Source of the DNA: Nemertoderma westbladi
Lineage: Eukaryota > Animalia > Xenacoelomorpha
DNA: 64,000 nucleotides
Direction of reading: 5' to 3'
Assembly (NCBI GenBank): GCA_032718475.1
Contig: JAUCBJ010000111.1
Coordinates: 1-64,000 of the forward strand
Part shown: positions 40,097-63,823 of the stretch, in pieces
How the letters are laid out: every line of letters starts with the position of its first letter
Position numbering within the stretch: the stretch's first letter is position 1
Translations under genes and position numbers: made by a program
Notes under the pieces: generated by a model
Told to the model about the DNA's origin: nothing
The model's input: the letters and a program-made list of their open reading frames with translations, nothing else
Databases searched by the model: none

Positions 40097-43000
40097 CAGC
40101 TCTGTAGTTCAGCTCTGTAGTTCAGCTCTGTAGTTCAGCGCTGTAGTTCAGCTCTGTAGTTCAGCGCTGTAGTTCAGCGCTGTAGTTCAGCTCTGTAGTT
40201 CAGCGCTGTAGTTCAGCTCTGTAGTTCAGCGCTGTAGTTCAGCGCTGTAGTTCAGCTCTGTAGTTCAGCGCTGTAGTTCAGCTCTGTAGTTCAGCTCTGT
40301 AGTTCAGCTCTGTAGTTCAGCGCTGTAGTTCAGCTCTGTAGTTCAGCTCTGTAGTTCAGCTCTGTAGTTCAGCTCTGTAGTTCAGCTCTGTAGTTCAGCG
40401 CTTTAGTTCGCTGTAGTTCAGCTCTGTAGTTCAGCGCTGTAGTTCAGCGCTGTAGTTCAGCTCTGTAGTTCAGCGCTGTAGTTCAGCTCTGTAGTTCAGC
40501 GCTGTAGTTCAGCTCTGTAGTTCAGCGCTGTAGTTCAGCTCTGTAGTTCAGCTCTGTAGTTCAGCTCTGTAGTTCAGCTCTGTAGTTCAGCTCTGTAGTT
40601 CAGCTCTGTAGTTCAGCTCTGTAGTTCAGCGCTTTAGTTCGCTGTAGTTCAGCTCTGTAGTTCAGCGCTGTAGTTCAGCGCTGTAGTTCAGCTCTGTAGT
40701 TCAGCGCTGTAGTTCAGCTCTGTAGTTCAGCTCTGTAGTTCAGCTCTGTAGTTCAGCTCTGTAGTTCAGCTCTGTAGTTCAGCTCTGTAGTTCAGCTCTG
40801 TAGTTCAGCGCTGTAGTTCAGCTCTGTAGTTCAGATCTGTAGTTCAGCGCTGTAGTTCAGCGCTGTAGTTCAGCGCTTTAGTTCGCTGTAGTTCAGCGCT
40901 GTAGTTCAGCTCTGTAGTTCAGCTCTGTAGTTCAGCGCTGTAGTTCAGCGCTGTAGTTCAGCTCTGTAGTTCAGCGCTGTAGTTCAGCTCTGTAGTTCAG
41001 CGCTGTAGTTCAGCGCTGTAGTTCAGCTCTGTAGTTCAGCGCTGTAGTTCAGCTCTGTAGTTCAGCGCTGTAGTTCAGCTCCGTAGTTCAGCTCCGTAGT
41101 TCAGCTCTGTAGTTCAGCGCTGTAGTTCAGCTCCGTAGTTCAGCTCTGTAGTTCAGCTCTGTAGTTCAGCTCTGTAGTTCAGCTCTGTAGTTCAGCTCCG
41201 TAGTTCAGCGCTGTAGTTCAGCGCTGTAGTTCAGCGCTTTAGTTCGCTGTAGTTCAGCGCTGTAGTTCAGCTCTGTAGTTCAGCGCTGTAGTTCAGCGCT
41301 TTAGTTCGCTGTAGTTCAGCGCTGTAGTTCAGCTCTGTAGTTCAGCGCTGTAGTTCAGCGCTTTAGTTCGCTGTAGTTCAGCGCTGTAGTTCAGCTCTGT
41401 AGTTCAGCTCTGTAGTTCAGCTCCGTAGTTCAGCGCTGTAGTTCAGCGCTGTAGTTCAGCGCTTTAGTTCGCTGTAGTTCAGCGCTGTAGTTCAGCTCTG
41501 TAGTTCAGCGCTGTAGTTCAGCGCTTTAGTTCGCTGTAGTTCAGCGCTGTAGTTCAGCGCTGTAGTTCAGCGCTGTAGTTCAGCGCTTTAGTTCGCTGTA
41601 GTTCAGCGCTGTAGTTCAGCTCTGTAGTTCAGCGCTGTAGTTCAGCGCTTTAGTTCGCTGTAGTTCAGCGCTGTAGTTCAGCTCTGTAGTTCAGCTCTGT
41701 AGTTCAGCGCTGTAGTTCAGCGCTGTAGTTCAGCTCTGTAGTTCAGCGCTGTAGTTCAGCTCTGTAGTTCAGCGCTGTAGTTCAGCGCTGTAGTTCAGCT
41801 CTGTAGTTCAGCGCTGTAGTTCAGCTCTGTAGTTCAGCGCTGTAGTTCAGCTCCGTAGTTCAGCTCCGTAGTTCAGCTCTGTAGTTCAGCGCTGTAGTTC
41901 AGCTCCGTAGTTCAGCTCTGTAGTTCACCGCTGTAGTTCAGCTCTGTAGTTCAGCGCTGTAGTTCAGCTCTGTAGTTCAGCTCTGTAGTTCAGCTCTGTA
42001 GTTCAGCGCTGTAGTTCAGCTCTGTAGTTCAGCGCTGTAGTTCAGCTCCGTAGTTCAGCTCCGTAGTTCAGCTCTGTAGTTCAGCGCTGTAGTTCAGCTC
42101 CGTAGTTCAGCTCTGTAGTTCACCGCTGTAGTTCAGCTCTGTAGTTCAGCGCTGTAGTTCAGCTCTGTAGTTCAGCTCTGTAGTTCAGCGCTGTAGTTCA
42201 GCTCTGTAGTTCAGCTCTGTAGTTCAGCTCTGTAGTTCAGCTCTGTAGTTCAGCTCTGTAGTTCAGCTCTGTAGTTCAGCTCTGTAGTTCAGCGCTGTAG
42301 TTCAGCTCTGTAGTTCAGCTCTGTAGTTCAGCGCTGTAGTTCAGCTCTGTAGTTCAGCGCTTTTTAGTTCGCTGTAGTTCAGCTCTGTAGTTCAGCGCTG
42401 TAGTTCAGCGCTGTAGTTCAGCGCTGTAGTTCAGCGCTATAGTTCAGCTCTGTAGTTCAGCGCTGTAGTTCAGCGCTGTAGTTCAGCGCTGTAGTTCAGC
42501 TCTGTAGTTCAGCGCTTTTTAGTTCGCTGTAGTTCAGCTCTGTAGTTCAGCGCTGTAGTTCAGCTCTGTAGTTCAGCTCTGTAGTTCAGCGCTGTAGTTC
42601 AGCGCTGTAGTTCAGCGCTGTAGTTCAGCTCTGTAGTTCAGCGCTTTTTAGTTCGCTGTAGTTCAGCTCTGTAGTTCAGCGCTGTAGTTCAGCTCTGTAG
42701 TTCAGCTCTGTAGTTCAGCGCTGTAGTTCAGCTCTGTAGTTCAGCGCTGTAGTTCAGCTCTGTAGTTCAGCTCTGTAGTTCAGCGCTGTAGTTCAGCTCT
42801 GTAGTTCAGCGCTGTAGTTCAGCGCTGTAGTTCAGCTCTGTAGTTCAGCGCTGTAGTTCAGCTCTGTAGTTCAGCGCTGTAGTTCAGCTCTGTAGTTCAG
42901 CGCTGTAGTTCAGCTCTGTAGTTCAGCGCTGTAGTTCAGCGCTGTAGTTCAGCTCTGTAGTTCAGCGCTTTTTAGTTCGCTGTAGTTCAGCTCTGTAGTT

Positions 43001-44248
43001 CAGCGCTGTAGTTCAGCTCTGTAGTTCAGCTCTGTAGTTCAGCGCTGTAGTTCAGCTCTGTAGTTCAGCGCTGTAGTTCAGCTCTGTAGTTCAGCTCTGT
43101 AGTTCAGCGCTGTAGTTCAGCTCTGTAGTTCAGCGCTGTAGTTCAGCGCTGTAGTTCAGCTCTGTAGTTCAGCGCTGTAGTTCAGCTCTGTAGTTCAGCG
43201 CTGTAGTTCAGCTCTGTAGTTCAGCTCTGTAGTTCAGCGCTGTAGTTCAGCTCTGTAGTTCAGCGCTGTAGTTCAGCGCTGTAGTTCAGCTCTGTAGTTC
43301 AGCTCTGTAGTTCAGCGCTGTAGTTCAGCTCTGTAGTTCAGCGCTGTAGTTCAGCGCTGTAGTTCAGCTCTGTAGTTCAGCGCTGTAGTTCAGCGCTGTA
43401 GTTCAGCTCTGTAGTTCAGCGCTGTAGTTCAGCTCTGTAGTTCAGCGCTGTAGTTCAGCTCTGTAGTTCAGCTCTGTAGTTCAGCGCTGTAGTTCAGCTC
43501 TGAAGTTCAGCGCTGTAGTTCAGCTCTGTAGTTCAGCTCTGTAGTTCAGCGCTGTAGTTCAGCGCTGTAGTTCAGCTCTGTAGTTCAGCGCTGTAGTTCA
43601 GCTCTGTAGTTCAGCTCTGTAGTTCAGCGCTGTAGTTCAGCGCTGTAGTTCAGCGCTGTAGTTCAGCTCTGTAGTTCAGCGCTGTAGTTCAGCTCTGTAG
43701 TTCAGCGCTGTAGTTCAGCTCTGTAGTTCAGCTCTGTAGTTCAGCGCTGTAGTTCAGCTCTGTAGTTCAGCTCTGTAGTTCAGCGCTGTAGTTCAGCTCT
43801 GTAGTTCAGCGCTGTAGTTCAGCGCTGTAGTTCAGCTCTGTAGTTCAGCGCTGTAGTTCAGCTCTGTAGTTCAGCGCTGTAGTTCAGCTCTGTAGTTCAG
43901 CGCTGTAGTTCAGCTCTGTAGTTCAGCGCTGTAGTTCAGCTCTGTAGTTCAGCTCTGTAGTTCAGCGCTGTAGTTCAGCTCTGTAGTTCAGCGCTGTAGT
44001 TCAGCGCTGTAGTTCAGCTCTGTAGTTCAGCGCTGTAGTTCAGCTCTGTAGTTCAGCGCTGTAGTTCAGCTCTGTAGTTCAGCTCTGTAGTTCAGCGCTG
44101 TAGTTCAGCGCTGTAGTTCAGCTCTGTAGTTCAGCGCTGTAGTTCAGCTCTGTAGTTCAGCTCTGTAGTTCAGCTCTGTAGTTCAGCTCTGTAGTTCAGC
44201 TCTGTAGTTCAGCTCTGTAGTTCAGCTCTGTAGTTCAGCGCTGAAGTT
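40097..44248. repeat. 13-bp satellite CAGC[T/G]CTGTAGTT, about 320 copies
   Basis: 13-bp period with a T/G variant and recurring deletion units (CAGCGCTTTAGTTCGCTG). Confidence 0.97.
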
Positions 44249-44495
44249 AAAAATCTACGCACGGCGGAGTAGCTCTAGACTGGGACTTAGAGTTAATATT
44301 AGTAAATTATGATCAAATCAAATGAGAACCATTGTCTGACCTGATAGAATGACAGAGAAAAAACCCAAAGAATAACATTATTAACAATGAAAATACGAAA
44401 TACGTTGCGTTTTCCGAAACACAAGTCCTCCAATTCGAAACAATTTGCAGATTGTAAGGAAAAATGGAATGAAATAAATAAAAACATCTGATATT

Positions 44496-55505
<11,010 letters not shown>

Positions 55506-56954
55506 CTGAGATAGAATAAAGTCAATGGAGAATAAAGTCACGGTAGGTGGTGACGGTCGTAGAACTGCATCTGGGACCTTATCGAGTATAAAATCAACAG
55601 CCGATGGAAAAGGTAATGGCAATTAACTGCAGCTGAGTTAACAATATGTGAAGGATCCTACTAACACTCGCAACAATGTGTTGGCAAGCTGTGTTTTTCG
55701 AGGTGTTTGTTATTATACATTTATAGGTAGGGATCTAGGGGTCTTAACCTCGATGGTCTGGAGAGATATGAGATATTAATTTCAATAAAAATTACGCGAT
55801 TCCTAAATTTGTACACTACCCGGTTAAAAAGTACGCATGTGATGGGATTAGTCCTAAAAGAAAAAGAATACGATCTCATACGGTCGCATACGATCTCAAT
55901 TATAAAACATCCCATATAAAACAGTTCTCCTTCAAGAACTACTCACGTACTGGTCCCGCCTCTGCCTTTGTGTTGGGGTGCAGATTAAAAGGGGAGGAAC
56001 TGACCCCCTTTCTTTGATTGGTTGACGGTTGTGTTAAATAATTAAATGCAGATTTTGTGATAAAATTGCTTAACTTTAATTTGTGTCTCATAACTGAGCC
56101 TCGTGCAACGCGAAGGCCCACGAACGTGTTTCATGGTTAATTACGCGCAATTCGGCTCGCACACTCGTTTTATTGAGCCCCGGTTATTATATTTTCCCTA
56201 GTTGTGGCGTAGTTGATATACTTTACTCACACTGTATAGCATTGATTTTATAATAAAATATTAACTGGCTATGATAACCAAAATAATAATAACCATAAAT
56301 TGATAATGATAAATGATAACCATAAATTCCGCAGAATGTAAATTAAATAGAATTTAATTGCACCATAAGGCGAATAAACACGTTTAATTTTATACTTTAT
56401 TCCTGAAAAGAGAAATAAAAGGTGAATAATATAATACACTTTATGGTTGGCGCCGAAGCTATATGAGCTGAAGTGAATGCTGTGAAACTGTGTAAACATA
56501 GGGGACATCCATTAGTCTATATTCTGTACATGAATATAACTTAAACTTAAGGTGCGTTCATATAACGTATAGGAGGTGTGTGTCTGTATGTAAGGGGAGA
56601 AGCGATTCTAGTGTTATTCACTTTCATTTGCGTTCTAGAATATATTAGTGGTTTTTAGTCGTTTAAATTAATCGTTAGCCACATATCCACACATAAACAA
56701 ACACACCTACACCTACGTTAGGTGACCATGCCTTAAGCTAGCACATAATGTAGAATAAATGTTTCGGACTATGTAAATCAATTTATCTGGCTTATTAATA
56801 CACTACATAACGGCTATACAGGACCCACTCACAGTTCCGCATCACAACCAATCCCCCCAGGGACATCCGCAATAATTAATCTATCGATGTTTAGTGGGAT
56901 AAAATAAGTGTCGCTTCAAATATCCCATCTTCTTTATCCTCTTGCCCCCTTATA

Positions 56955-58277
56955 GAATGGGATAATCTTTTAGACTCGTTAAGCCAAGTTCACATGCCTG
57001 TTCACCACCACCGGTTCACCACCATGGGTGATCTTCAACAGTAAAGCCTTCCACTCTGTTTCCTAAAGGAATGCCTGTTCACCACCATGGGTGATCTTCA
57101 GCAGTAAAGCCTTCCACTCTGTTTCCTAAAGGAATGCCTGTTCACCACCACCACCGGTTCACCACCTTCCACATGAAACCCTTCCACTCGGTTTCCCAAA
57201 GGAATGCCTGTTCACCACCATGGGTGATCTTCAGCAGTAAAGCCTTCCACTCTGTTTCCTAAAGGAATGCCTGTTCACCACCTTCCACATGAAACCCTTC
57301 CACTCGGTTTCCCAAAGGAATGCCTGTTCACCACCATGGGTGATCTTCAGCAGTAAAGCCTTCCACTCGGTTTCCCAAAGGAATGCCTGTTCACCACCAT
57401 GGTTGATCTTCCACAGTAAACCCTTCTACTCTGTTTCCTAAAGGAATGCCTGTTCACCACCGTGGGTGATCTTCCACAGTAAACCCTTCCACTCTGTTTC
57501 CTAAATGAATGCCTGTTCTCTACCATAGTTGATCTTCCACAGTAAACCCTTCCACTCTGTTTCCTAAAGGAATGCCTGTTCACCACCATGGGTGATCTTC
57601 AGCAGTAAAGCCTTCCACTCTGTTTCCTAAAGGAATGCCTGTTCACCACCACCGGTTCACCACCTTCCACATGAAACCCTTCCACTCGGTTTCCCAAAGG
57701 AATGCCTGTTCACCACCATGGGTGATCTTCAGCAGTAAAGCCTTCCACTCTGTTTCCTAAAGGAATGCCTGTTCACCACCACCGGTTCACCGCCTTCCAC
57801 ATGAAACCCTTCCACTCTGTTTCCTAAAGGAATGTCTGTTCACCACCATGGGTGATCTTCCACAGTAAACCCTTCCACTCTGTTTCCTAAAGGAATGTCT
57901 GTTCACCACCATGGGTGATCTTCCACAGTAAACCCTTCCACTCTGTTTCCTAAAGGAATGTCTGTTCACCACCATGGGTGATCTTCCACAGTAAACCCTT
58001 CCACTCTGTTTCCTAAAGGAATGCCTGTTCACCACCGTGGGTGATCTTCCACAGTAAACCCTTCCACTCTGTTTCCTAAAGGAATGCCTGTTCACCACCG
58101 CGGGTGATCTTCGACAGTAAACCCTTCCACTCTGTTTCCCAAGTTACCTTGGTTCATATTTATCGACCAGTTAAGGATGAAAGCCAGGGTTGGGCCCAAA
58201 CCTGCCCCATCTAGGGATTGAACCAGGGCCTCGTGATCAGACGCCCTATAATGGCACTACTAGACCAAGCTGCCGCT
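56955..58277 (-). mobile_element. Family A SINE with an internal 63-bp tandem expansion (~56990-58135)
   Basis: Head at 58140-58277 and tail at 56955-56990 match the 16090-16352 copy; the segment between them is repeated about 18 times. Confidence 0.88.
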
Positions 58278-58341
58278 TGGTCCAGTGATCTTTCCCCCCA
58301 ATAAATTATAAGTCACGCAGTTCCCCGGCATTCCTTTTGGT

Positions 58342-61315
58342 TGGGGTGTGTGCCTAGTTCTTAGGGGTGTGTGCATAGTTCTTAGTGGTGAGTGCCTAGT
58401 TCTTAGGGGTGAGTGCCTAGTTCTTAGGGGTGTGTGCCTATGCCTAGTTCTTAGAGGTGTGTGCCTAGTTCTTAGGGATGTGTGCATAGTTCTTAGGGGT
58501 GTGTGCCTAGTTCTTAGGGGTGAGTGCCTAGTTCTTAGGGATGTGTGCCTAGTTCTTAGGGGTGTGTGCCTAGTTCTTAGGGGTGTGTGCCTAGTTTTTA
58601 GGGGTGTGTGCCTAGTTATTAGGGGTGTGTGCCTAGTTCTTAGGGGTGTGTGCCTAGTTTTTAGGGGTGTGTGCCTAGTTATTAGGGGTGTGTGCCTAGT
58701 TTTTAGGGGTGTGTGCCTAGTTTTTAGGGGTGTGTGCCTAGTTATTAGGGGTGTGTGCCTAATTCTTAGGGGTGTGTGCCTAGTTCTTAGGGGTGTGTGC
58801 CTAGTTATTAGGGGTGTGTGCCTAATTCTTAGGGGTGTGTGCCTAGTTCTTAGGGGTGTGTGCCTAGTTCTTTGAGTGCCTAGTTCTTAGGGGTGTGTGC
58901 CTAGTTCTTAGGGATGTGTGCATAGTTCTTAGGGGTGTGTGCCTAGTTCTTATGGGTGAGTGCCTAGTTCTTAGGGATGTGTGCCTAGTTCTTAGGGGTG
59001 TGTGCCTAGTTTTTAGGGGTGTGTGCCTAGTTATTAGGGGTGTGTGCCTAATTCTTAGGGGTGTGTGCCTAGTTCTTAGGGGTGTGTGCCTAGTTCTTTG
59101 AGTGCCTAGTTCTTAGGGGTGAGTGCCTAGTTCTTAGGGGTGTGTGCCTAGTTCTTAGGGGTGTGTGCCTAGTTCTTAGGGGTGTGTGCCTAGTTCTTAT
59201 GGGTGTGTGCCTAGTTCTTAGGGGTGTGTGCCGTGCCTGGTTATTAGAGGTGTGTGCCTAGTTCTTAGGGGTGTGTGCCTAGTTCTTAGGGGTGAGTGCC
59301 TAGTTCTTAGGGGTGAGTGCCTAGTTATTAGGGGTGTGTGCCTAGTTCTTAGGGGTGTGTGCCTAGTTCTTAGGGGTGTGTGCCTAGTTCTTAGGGGTGT
59401 GTGCCTAGTTCTTAGGGGTGTGTGCCTTGTTATTAGGGGTGTGTGCCTAGTTCTTAGGGGTGTGTGCCTAGTTCTTAGGGTTGTGTGACTAGTTCTTAGG
59501 GGTGTGTGCATCTGCCTAGTTCTTAGGGGTATGTGCCTAGTTCTTGGGGTGTTTGCCCTAGTTCTTAGGGGTGTGTGCCTAGTTCTTAGGGGTGAGTGCC
59601 TAGTTCTTAGGGGTGTGTGCATAGTTCTTAGGGATGTGTGCCTAGGTCTTAGGGGTGTGTGCCTAGTTCTTAGGGGTGTGTGCCTTGTTATTAGGGGTGT
59701 GTGCCTAGTTCTTAGGGGTGTGTGGCTAGTTCTTAGGGTTGTGTGCCTAGTTCTTAGGGGTGTGTGCATCTGCCTAGTTCTTAGGGGTATGTGCCTAGTT
59801 CTTGGGGTGTTTGCCCTAGTTCTTAGGGGTGTGTGTCTAGTTCTTAGGGGTGTGTGCCTAGTTCTTAGGGGTGAGTGCCTAGTTCTTAGGGGTGTGTGCA
59901 TAGTTCTTAGGGATGTGTGCCTAGGTCTTAGGGGTGTGTGCCTAGTTCTTAGGGGTGTGTGCCAAGTTCTTAGGGGTGTGTGCCTGCCTAGTTCTTAGGG
60001 GTGTGTGCCTATTTCTTAGGGGTGTGTGCCTAGTTCATAGGGGTGTGTGCCTAGTTCTTAGGGGTGTGTGCCTAGTTCTTAGGGGTGTGTGCCTAGTTCT
60101 TAGGGGTGTATGCCTAGTTCTTAGGGGTGTATGCCTAGTGCTTATGGGTGAGTGCCTAGTTCTTAGGGGTGAGTGCCTAGTTCTTAGGGGTGTGTGCCTA
60201 GTTCTTAGGGGTGTGTGCCTAGTTCTTAAGGGTGTGTGCCTAGTTCTTAGGGGTGTGTGGCTAGTTCTTCGGGGTGTGTGCCTTGTTATTAGGGGTGTGT
60301 GCCTAGTTCTTAGGGGTATGTGCCTAGTTCTTAGTGGCGTGTGCCTAGTTCTTAGGGGTATGTGCCTAGTTCTTAGGGGTGTGTGCCTAGTTCTTAGGGG
60401 TATGTGCCTAGTTCTTAGGGGTGTGTGCCTAGTTATTATGGGTGTGTGCCTAGTTATTAGGGGTGTGTGCCCAGTTCTTAGGGGTGTGTGCCTAGTTCTT
60501 AGGGGTGTGTGCCTAGTTCTTAGGGGTATGTGCCTGTTCTTAGGGGTGTGTGCCTAGTTCTTAGGGGTGTGTGCCTAGTTCTTAGGGGTGAGTGCCTAGT
60601 TCTTAGGGGTGTGTGCCTAGTTCTTAGGGGTGTGTGCCTAGTACTTAGGGGTGTGTGCCTAGTTCTTAGGGGTGTGTGCCTAGTTCTTAGAGGTGTGTGC
60701 CTAGTTCTTAGGGGTGTGTGCCTAGTTCTTAGGGGTGAGTGCCTAGTTCTTAGGGGTATGTGCCTAGTTCTTAGGGGTGTGTGCCTAGTTCTTAGGGGTG
60801 TGTGCCTAGTTATTAGGGGTGTGTGCCTAGTTCTTAGGGGTGTGTGCCTAGTTCTTAGGGGTGTGTGCCTAGTTATTAGGGGTGTGTGCCTAGTTCTTAG
60901 GGGTGTGTGCCTAGTTCTTAGGGGTGTGTGCCTAGTTCTTAGGGGTGTGTGCCTAGTTCTAAGGGGTATGTGCCTGTTGTTAGGGGTATGTGCCTGTTCT
61001 TAGGGGTGTGTGCCTAGTTCTTAGGGGTGTGTGCCTAGTTCTTAGGAGTGTGTGCCTAGTTCTTAGGGGTGTGTGCCTAGTTATTAGGGGTGTGTGCCTA
61101 GTTCTTAGGGGTGTGTGCCTAGTTCTTAGGGGTGTGTGCCTAGTTCTAAGGGGTATGTGCCTGTTGTTAGGGGTATGTGCCTGTTCTTAGGGGTGTGTGC
61201 CTAGTTCTTAGGGGTGTGTGCCTAGTTCTTAGGGGTGTGTGCCTAGTTCTTAGGGGTGTGTGCCTAGTTCTTAGGGGTGTGTGCCTAGTTCTTTGGGGTG
61301 TGTGCCTAGTTCTTA
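58342..61315. repeat. 21-bp satellite GTGTGCCTAGTTCTTAGGGGT, about 140 copies
   Basis: 21-bp period (source of the VCLVLRG ORFs); each unit contains TTAGGG. Confidence 0.96.
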
Positions 61316-61540
61316 ATAGCCATTACGAAACAACCAACTACACAATCGGATAAACTTAGTCTAAAGAAAGGAACAAGGGCTGGGGTTTAGATGGTACGAT
61401 GATAATTGTAGTCATTGAGTTTTTTATATCTTCTGTAAAAAATTATGGTGTCAACAATTAAAAATAGGAAGAAATCCCACACTTTATGCTCCGAAATAAT
61501 ATTAGTAATAAGATTAATATTCCAATAATGACCTTCATAA

Positions 61541-62339
61541 GAACACGAAAGTAGTAGATATCCGGCAACTACAGTCACAGACACCGACTTTGCGGATGAC
61601 ATCGCCCTGCTCTCTAATACGCAAGCAGATGCACAGCTTCTACTAAATAAAGTGGAGAGGGCTGCTAAGGAGGTTGGATTGCATATAAATGCTACCAAGA
61701 CCGAATTAATGACCTTTAATGTTGATGGAAACTTGACAACCATTGATAATAATCAACTAAGGGGGGTCGATGACTTCCAGTACCTTGGATCATGGATAGA
61801 GAGTAGCAAAAAGGACATAGAAGTTAGGAAAGCAAAGGCTTGGGTAGCTCTATCAAAAATGGATACCATCTGGAAATCAGATCTCTCCAGGCACCTGAAG
61901 ACTAAGTTCTTTCGAGCCACAGTGGAAAGTGTATTTTTATACGGGGGTGAGACCTGGACACTGACTAAATCACTTGAACAACGAATTGATGGTTGCTACA
62001 CAAACCTACTAAGGGCAACCCTAAACATCAGCTGGAGACAACACATGACAAACGCCGAGCTTTATGGTACAATACCACCTGTATCAACAACCCTCCGTGA
62101 ACGCAGATTAAGATTCAGTGGGCACTGCTGGCGAAATAAAGACGAGGTCATACCAGATCTACTTTTCTGGCAACCAACTCGTGGAAAGCGTAGTCGTGGA
62201 TGACCGGCCATAACATATATAGATCAACTTGAAAGGGATACTGAACTTGGGAGAAACGAAATTGCGACAACTATGGAGAATCGGGAAGCCTGGAAGGATC
62301 TCATTTCCACTGTCCGAGTTCGCTCGACCTATATAGTAG
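61541..62339 (+). mobile_element. 5'-truncated RTE LINE with 15-bp TSD
   Basis: Near-identical to 53530-54255; TAGTAGT tail; TAATGACCTTCATAA at 61526-61540 and 62340-62354; in-frame TGA at 62201 where the other copy has CGA. Confidence 0.93.
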
Positions 62340-62439
62340 TAATGACCTTCATAATGAAAGAATAATTCACTATCAAAATATGTCTGAATATTCTATAGCA
62401 CAAAAATAAATAATTTTAACACCGAAAATATATCATATA

Positions 62440-63123
62440 TTAAAAAATTGCGCAGCAGAAAGAGCAAAATTTGTCAAAACAGTCTTCATCTTCTTCTATC
62501 GCTTGATATTCCAATGAATCAATCTCTATATTCAAACAACCGGGATTCTTCGCGTTTACAACGCATTCAATTTCCGAATAATTATTAACAACATGTTCAA
62601 TAATATCAGGTTTAAGGTTCCATAAACCTCCCTCGCCATGGCTCTCCTCCCCTACTAGAATTTTGCAACGCTTGAAGCCAAATTCCCTCCAACTTCGGAT
62701 AAATTCATCCACTTTATTTTTCGCTTCGGTGACATAAAGTCCACGAAGATCGATTGTATCAGCTGATATGTGCCGGTTGTTCGCCGCGTATATCTTATCT
62801 GCTGCTGTTCTGTTGGCCTCATCCATACATTCGCCTTCTCTCTTATAACGACCGTAAGCGTCATCCCTTAGAGGAGCGCTAGACGCGTTAGTGTACTGTC
62901 TATAGCTTTCGTCTCTAGACTGTTTGTGACGTAGGGCCTTGTTACGGTAATACCTTCCGATTTCGCATATAAATTTATCTTCGTAGGAAATATCGTCGAC
63001 ATCTTCACTTAACTCGATAACAACCGTATTCCCTAATCGTCCCCGCAAACCTTTGTCTTGAGTTTTCTTTTTGGATAATCTGTTGCCCTTTCTGAAAATT
63101 TTCGAACCGAAACAATTACCCAT
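62440..63123 (-). CDS. Intronless Smr-domain protein with a DUF1771-like helical region, 227 aa
   Basis: MDEANRTAADKIYAANN followed by TIDLRGLYVTEA...KILVGEESHGEGG..LKPDI...NPGCLNI; N-terminus MGNCFGS, C-terminus CFDKFCSFCCAIF*. Confidence 0.8.
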   Translation of the reverse strand: MGNCFGSKIFRKGNRLSKKKTQDKGLRGRLGNTVVIELSEDVDDISYEDKFICEIGRYYRNKALRHKQSRDESYRQYTNASSAPLRDDAYGRYKREGECMDEANRTAADKIYAANNRHISADTIDLRGLYVTEAKNKVDEFIRSWREFGFKRCKILVGEESHGEGGLWNLKPDIIEHVVNNYSEIECVVNAKNPGCLNIEIDSLEYQAIEEDEDCFDKFCSFCCAIF

Positions 63124-63823
63124 TGTGAATATAACGCAACCAATTTATATGGTTAAATTATCTGCCGCTGAGAAAGAGTTTAACAAACTACATTGCAGAA
63201 ATACATTATTATTAATAGCCATCAACATTACTTATAATATTATAAAAAATCGTTATAATATTAAAATAATTAATTAATAGGTGATGGAAGTATATAGTAC
63301 TGTGCGTAACACATGGCAAGGAACGGTACGGTGTGGCGTCCAACTCCACGAATAGTTAATCTAGTCAACTTAAAATAGTTGGTCATGAAAATATCAATCG
63401 ATATTAAACCAGAAATCTAAACATGTATTTATAATGAATGACCAGAGAGCGCCAGCACATGTATAAGCCTCGGCGCTAACAGGAGGGGATAGATTAGTAC
63501 AAGCCATTCACAATCATTATTGTATTGGGATATGTCCTACAACATTAGGCTACTGTGTGCAATAAATAGCCAGCTGTTGTTGCCGTTCGAAGGACTGGTA
63601 TTAATGCGCAAAATGCCGATTGAATGACCAACAAGATAAAGCGACTTAAACGCTACGGCAATTATGAGTGGAAGTTAATCAAAAGCCAAGGTCTGTACTG
63701 TAGTCTGTACTGTACTGTAGTCTGTACTGTATGTAGTCTGTACGTCTGGAATTAAAATCAATGACTTAATAAAACTAAATCGGATTGGTATGTAAACCCT
63801 TCTTTATACCTCTCTTATCATAA

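Noticed and set aside
56990-58135. CRISPR-like array
   Set aside because: There are no unique spacers, the units derive from a SINE, there are no cas genes and the context is eukaryotic.
58260-61190. VCLVLRG and RTRHTPL ORFs
   Set aside because: Translations of the 21-bp satellite.
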